A stretch of DNA of 10,608 nucleotides from positions 1 to 10,608 of the forward strand of contig CBFGJG010000060.1 of the NCBI GenBank assembly GCA_965649055.1. The letters run 5' to 3'. A program made the position numbers and the translations under genes. This document shows, piece by piece, positions 7,356-10,608 of the stretch (within the stretch, counting starts at the first letter, position 1; each line of letters opens with the position of its first letter). The notes below the pieces were generated by a model. That model did no database searches. It was not told the DNA's origin and saw only the letters and a program-made list of their open reading frames with translations. This DNA is from a candidate division WOR-3 bacterium (GTDB lineage: Bacteria > Hydrothermota > UBA3072 > B12-G15).

Positions 7356-8038
7356 TATTGGACCTCCTCTTTATATATCCATACCTTTACACCAACGGTT
7401 CCAGCAGTAGTAAAAGCAGTATCTGTCCAGTAATCAATATTTGCATCAATTGTGTGTAAAGGGGTTCTACCTTCCTTGTACCATTCGCTCCTTGCAATTT
7501 CAGCACCACCAAGTCTTCCAGAACATTTTACCTTAATACCTTTTGCACCCAACCTCATTGCATTCTGCACAGCTCTTTTCATTGCCCTTCTATAAGAAAC
7601 TCTTTTTTCAATCTGTCTTGCTATCTGGTAAGCAACAAGTCTCGAATCAAGCTCTGGAAATTTGATTTCTTTAACATCTAACTGGAAACTATCTCTTTTT
7701 TCTGTCTTTCCTTTTTTGTCTTTCTTTTCGATTTCTTCTTTTTCTTCCCAACCAATCAGTTTTTTTATCTCGGCTTTCAGAGAGTCTGCCTGGTCACCAC
7801 CTTTACCGATTACAAGTCCCGGTCTCGCAGTGAAGATAATTATCCTTAATTTTCTCGAGGTTCTTTCTATTTCAATCCTTGAGACCCATCCATCCTTCAA
7901 TCTTTCCATCAGGTACTTTCTTATAATCATATCTTCTTTAAGTTTCTTCCCTATTTCTTTCCCATCATCAAACCATCTTGAATACCAGTCTTTGTTAATT
8001 CCTATTCTAAAACCAATCGGATTTGTTTTTTGCCCCAA
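7355..8038 (-). CDS. rpsC: 30S ribosomal protein uS3 (S3), with a charged insertion at the end of the KH domain
   Basis: [42 protein letters not shown]...[29 protein letters not shown] start preceded by AGGAGGT. Confidence 0.99.
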   Translation of the reverse strand: MGQKTNPIGFRIGINKDWYSRWFDDGKEIGKKLKEDMIIRKYLMERLKDGWVSRIEIERTSRKLRIIIFTARPGLVIGKGGDQADSLKAEIKKLIGWEEKEEIEKKDKKGKTEKRDSFQLDVKEIKFPELDSRLVAYQIARQIEKRVSYRRAMKRAVQNAMRLGAKGIKVKCSGRLGGAEIARSEWYKEGRTPLHTIDANIDYWTDTAFTTAGTVGVKVWIYKEEVQ

Positions 8039-8040
8039 AC

Positions 8041-8385
8041 CTACCTCCTGTCCTCAACTATAGCTATTATATGTGAGGTTCTTCTCCTTATTATCACACC
8101 TCTTCCCTGAGAAGCTTCTTTGAGTCTTTTGTACATCGGTCCTTTTTCTATCTTCACAGATTTGACAAACAGGTCTTCTTCTTTTATCTTGGTATCACCT
8201 GAATTATTAATTAAATTCATACTCGCAGAATGAATTGCCTTCCACAAATGATGGGCGATTTTTGTCTTTGTGAAATCAAGTATAGCGAGTGCATCTTTAA
8301 CATTTTTCCCTTGAACTAACTGAACTATTCTTCTTGCCTTTAAAGGTGAAACCCTAACGTATTTCTCTATTGCTTTTGCTTCCAT
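8041..8385 (-). CDS. rplV: 50S ribosomal protein uL22 (L22)
   Basis: A.A...YVR.SP.KAR, A.AIL, SA..N, GP..KR......GR...I.RRTSHI. Located between rpsS and rpsC. Confidence 0.98.
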   Translation of the reverse strand: MEAKAIEKYVRVSPLKARRIVQLVQGKNVKDALAILDFTKTKIAHHLWKAIHSASMNLINNSGDTKIKEEDLFVKSVKIEKGPMYKRLKEASQGRGVIIRRRTSHIIAIVEDRR

Positions 8386-8388
8386 TTA

Positions 8389-8703
8389 TTACTCCTTCTT
8401 TTTCACTTCTTGTTGTCCGGTTGTCTCACCAGTCTCTTCTTTTCTTGTTCCGGAGTGAGCCTTGAAATACCTCGTAGGAGCAAATTCACCAAGTCTATGT
8501 CCTACCATAGATTCGGTTATGTAAACAGGTATGAACTTTTTTCCATTATGTATCTCAATTGTGAAACCAACAAATTCAGGAATTATCATTGATGCCCTTG
8601 AATATGTCTTAATATGTTTCTTTTGTCCTTTCTTTATCATTTCTTCTATTCTTTTCAAAAGTTTTGCATCTACGAATGGTGGTTTCTTGCTTGACCTTCC
8701 CAT
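8389..8703 (-). CDS. rpsS: 30S ribosomal protein uS19 (S19), C-terminally extended
   Basis: [46 protein letters not shown]. Confidence 0.99.
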   Translation of the reverse strand: MGRSSKKPPFVDAKLLKRIEEMIKKGQKKHIKTYSRASMIIPEFVGFTIEIHNGKKFIPVYITESMVGHRLGEFAPTRYFKAHSGTRKEETGETTGQQEVKKKE

Positions 8704-9528
8704 TTACCTCCTCCTCTTAACTATGAATTTATTTGAATATTTCTTCTTGTTTCTTGTCTTGAAACCTTTTGCAAGGACACCTGTTGGAGAGCATGGATGT
8801 TTGTTACTTTTGGAACGACCTTCACCACCACCCATTTTGTGATCAACAGGATTCATTGCAATAGCCCTTGATCTTGGTCTTCTCCCTTTATATCTATTTA
8901 TTCCAGCCTTACCAATTACAACCCCTGTTTTCTCAATATTTCCAACTGTTCCAATAGTTGCCCTGCAATTTACACTTATAAGTCTCACTTCACCTGAAGG
9001 CAACCTTATATGAGCATAATCACCTTCTTTGGCAAGAATCTGTGCTGAAAGACCTGCTGAACGAACAAGTTTTCCGCCCTCGAAAGGTTTCAATTCAATA
9101 TTGTGTATCTCTGTTCCAAGTGGGATATTTTTTATGGGAAGTGTATTCCCAATCTTTATAGGAACATCTTCACCACTGATAATCTTATCCCCTACCGAAA
9201 GCCCGTTTGGTGCAAGTATATACCTTCTTTCACCATCTGCATAGGCAACAAGGGCAATTCTACATGATCTATTAGGGTCATATTCAATTGATTTTATTTT
9301 ACCTTCTATTCCTATCTTATCCCTTTTAAAGTCAATAATCCTGTATCTCCTTTTATTCCCTCCACCTCTGAATCGGACTGTTACTCTACCTGTGTTGTTT
9401 CTTCCGGAAATCCTTTTTTTGGCAACTGTTAGAGCCCTTACGGGTTCTGTTTCTGTAATCTCTGAATAATCCTGAGATTTTCTCCACCTCAATGTTGGTG
9501 TAACAGGTTTATAACTCTTGATTCCCAT
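8704..9528 (-). CDS. rplB: 50S ribosomal protein uL2 (L2)
   Basis: [77 protein letters not shown]. Start set at ATG 9528 ([17 protein letters not shown] in the end of rplW) instead of the track's 9543. Confidence 0.99.
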   Translation of the reverse strand: MGIKSYKPVTPTLRWRKSQDYSEITETEPVRALTVAKKRISGRNNTGRVTVRFRGGGNKRRYRIIDFKRDKIGIEGKIKSIEYDPNRSCRIALVAYADGERRYILAPNGLSVGDKIISGEDVPIKIGNTLPIKNIPLGTEIHNIELKPFEGGKLVRSAGLSAQILAKEGDYAHIRLPSGEVRLISVNCRATIGTVGNIEKTGVVIGKAGINRYKGRRPRSRAIAMNPVDHKMGGGEGRSKSNKHPCSPTGVLAKGFKTRNKKKYSNKFIVKRRR

Positions 9529-9529
9529 A

Positions 9530-9817
9530 TTATACTCCTTCAAATAATGGAATTACATCGCCTTTTTTCAATGTAACTATTGCTTTCTTCCAATCTTTTC
9601 TCTTCCCTTCAAATCTTCCCAGTCTTTTAACCTTTCCTTTAACAATCACGGTCTTCACATCAATAACTTTAACCTTAAACAATTGTTCAATTGCTTTCTT
9701 TATCTCATGTTTATTTGAATCTATAGCAACCTCAAATGCATATTTAAAATTTTCTTTTTCCTGTGTCATTTTTTCAGTTATATGTGGTCTTAGAATTATA
9801 TCTCTGGGTTCCTTCAC
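9530..9817 (-). CDS. rplW: 50S ribosomal protein uL23 (L23)
   Basis: II.RP.ITEK, Y.F.V...NK.EIKKAIE.LF.VKV..V.T....GK.KR.G...G...[12 protein letters not shown] start in a GTGA overlap with the rplD stop. Confidence 0.99.
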   Translation of the reverse strand: MKEPRDIILRPHITEKMTQEKENFKYAFEVAIDSNKHEIKKAIEQLFKVKVIDVKTVIVKGKVKRLGRFEGKRKDWKKAIVTLKKGDVIPLFEGV

Positions 9818-10443
9818 GAAATCACCCCCTCAAGTTGTTTTAAACCATCCTCTGTGAAAACAATGTATTTATGTTTCAGAACAAGGTAAGGGTTAGCCTT
9901 GTATGCTTCAACTATTGTTAGATTTTCAATATTTCTACCTGACTTATAAAGATTCTTATCTTTCCCATCGTAAAGAAATAGAATTTTTGAACCATATATT
10001 CCCATATTCTTCAGCATTTCCGCAATAAACTTTGTCTTTGGTGTATCAATTGAAAAATTTTCAACAACAAAAATTCTACCTTCTTTCGCCCTTTGGGAAA
10101 ATGCTGAGATTATTGCTTTCTTCCTTAATTTTTTTGGTATTTCAAAATAATAATCCCTCATTTTAGGACCAAACGTAACACCTCCACCTTTCCACAATGG
10201 GGATCTAATACTGCCAGCCCTTGCCCTTCCTGTTCCCTTTTGTCTCCAAGGTTTTCTTCCACCACCACTGACTTCACCTTTTGTTTTTGTACAAGCAGTT
10301 CCCTGCCTTTCTGCGGCAAGAATCCTTCTCACAGAATAATAGATAGCAGACTCACTGATATTCTGACCAAAAATATTTTCTGGTAAATCACATTTTCCCT
10401 TTTCCTGACCATTGCTATTATAAAGTTTTGTATTAATACCCAT
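9814..10443 (-). CDS. rplD: 50S ribosomal protein uL4 (L4)
   Basis: RQGT..TKT.GEVSGGGRKPWRQKGTGRARAGSIRSPLW.GGG.TFGP, KK.R..A, PKTK, S.RNI. Confidence 0.99.
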   Translation of the reverse strand: MGINTKLYNSNGQEKGKCDLPENIFGQNISESAIYYSVRRILAAERQGTACTKTKGEVSGGGRKPWRQKGTGRARAGSIRSPLWKGGGVTFGPKMRDYYFEIPKKLRKKAIISAFSQRAKEGRIFVVENFSIDTPKTKFIAEMLKNMGIYGSKILFLYDGKDKNLYKSGRNIENLTIVEAYKANPYLVLKHKYIVFTEDGLKQLEGVIS

Positions 10444-10608
10444 AGTCTCCCCTTATTAATATCCAGCCATTTCTTGGACCTGGAGTAGGCCCTGAGATAC
10501 ATATTAAGCCATTATCAACATCAACCTTTTTTATCTTCAAGTTCTTGATTGTCTTTCTTCTAACACCCATTCTTCCTGGCATACCTTTTCCTTTGATAAC
10601 CCTACCTG
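10433..10608 (-). CDS. rplC: 50S ribosomal protein uL3 (L3), 3' end; begins beyond the window's right edge
   Basis: Not in ORF track. Hand translation from 10606: GRVIKGKGMPGRMGVRRKTIKNLKIKKVDVDNGLICISGPTPGPRNGWILIRGDYGY*, matching the L3 C-terminal GRV.KG..M.G.MG...T..NL and G..PG motifs. Overlaps the rplD start by 11 nt. Confidence 0.97.
   Translation of the reverse strand, partial: GRVIKGKGMPGRMGVRRKTIKNLKIKKVDVDNGLICISGPTPGPRNGWILIRGDYGY

Noticed and set aside
1759..9244. The 62-155 aa-scale plus-strand ORFs in the track (e.g. 4001-4468, 4347-4805, 5674-6102, 7662-8063) as hidden antisense genes
   Set aside because: All lie opposite conserved essential genes. Most are Phe/Leu/Ser/Ile-rich mirrors of Lys/Glu/Arg codons (those opposite secY mirror its hydrophobic codons), and none has a recognisable motif. 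They are expected shadow ORFs.
9529..9543. N-terminal extensions implied by the ORF track for uL2 (MKEYN-), and likewise uL5 (5821) and uS5 (3730)
   Set aside because: These come from longest-ORF calling. The upstream codons fall in or beside the SD, and the downstream ATGs give better spacing and, for uL2, the canonical N-terminus.
1279..9817. Alternative genetic code or CPR/Patescibacteria origin, suggested by low GC and compaction
   Set aside because: TGA terminates rplD, rpmC, rpsQ, rplN, rpsH, rpsE, rpmD, rplO and secY at the expected positions, TAG and TAA also act as stops, and conserved Trp residues use TGG, so code 11 fits. rpmD (uL30), which CPR bacteria lack, is present.
10190..10270. 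uL4 tunnel loop as a possible macrolide or linezolid resistance variant
   Set aside because: KPWRQKGTGRARAGSIRSPLW matches the consensus, with no indel or substitution of note.
1..10608. A novel accessory system, mobile element, intron/intein, CRISPR array or RNA gene in the window
   Set aside because: Apart from gaps of at most 9 nt, every base is covered by canonical S10-spc-alpha genes of near-normal length. There is no unexplained space, and I saw no repeat array, inverted-repeat ends or obvious compositional shift.

Overview
AT-rich bacterial DNA fully occupied by the conserved S10-spc-alpha ribosomal protein superoperon, all on the minus strand. In transcription order: rplC (3' end), rplD, rplW, rplB, rpsS, rplV, rpsC, rplP, rpmC, rpsQ, rplN, rplX, rplE, rpsN (short Zn type), rpsH, rplF, rplR, rpsE, rpmD, rplO, secY, adk, infA, rpmJ, rpsM (5' part). 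rplC, rpmJ and rpsM are missing from the ORF track and were translated by hand. This is core housekeeping sequence. I found no mobile element, repeat array, RNA gene or accessory gene, and no evidence for a new biological system. The points worth a second look are modest: extreme packing (no gap over 9 nt) with Shine-Dalgarno motifs embedded in upstream coding ends, no map gene between adk and infA, an infA with a GTG start and no SD, a ~19-aa Lys/Glu insertion in uS3, a shortened AMP-binding domain in Adk, and non-consensus residues in normally conserved motifs of uL2, uL22, uS5 and uS8. Together these suggest a divergent lineage, possibly near the FCB group (inference). All consensus comparisons are from memory, not from alignments.
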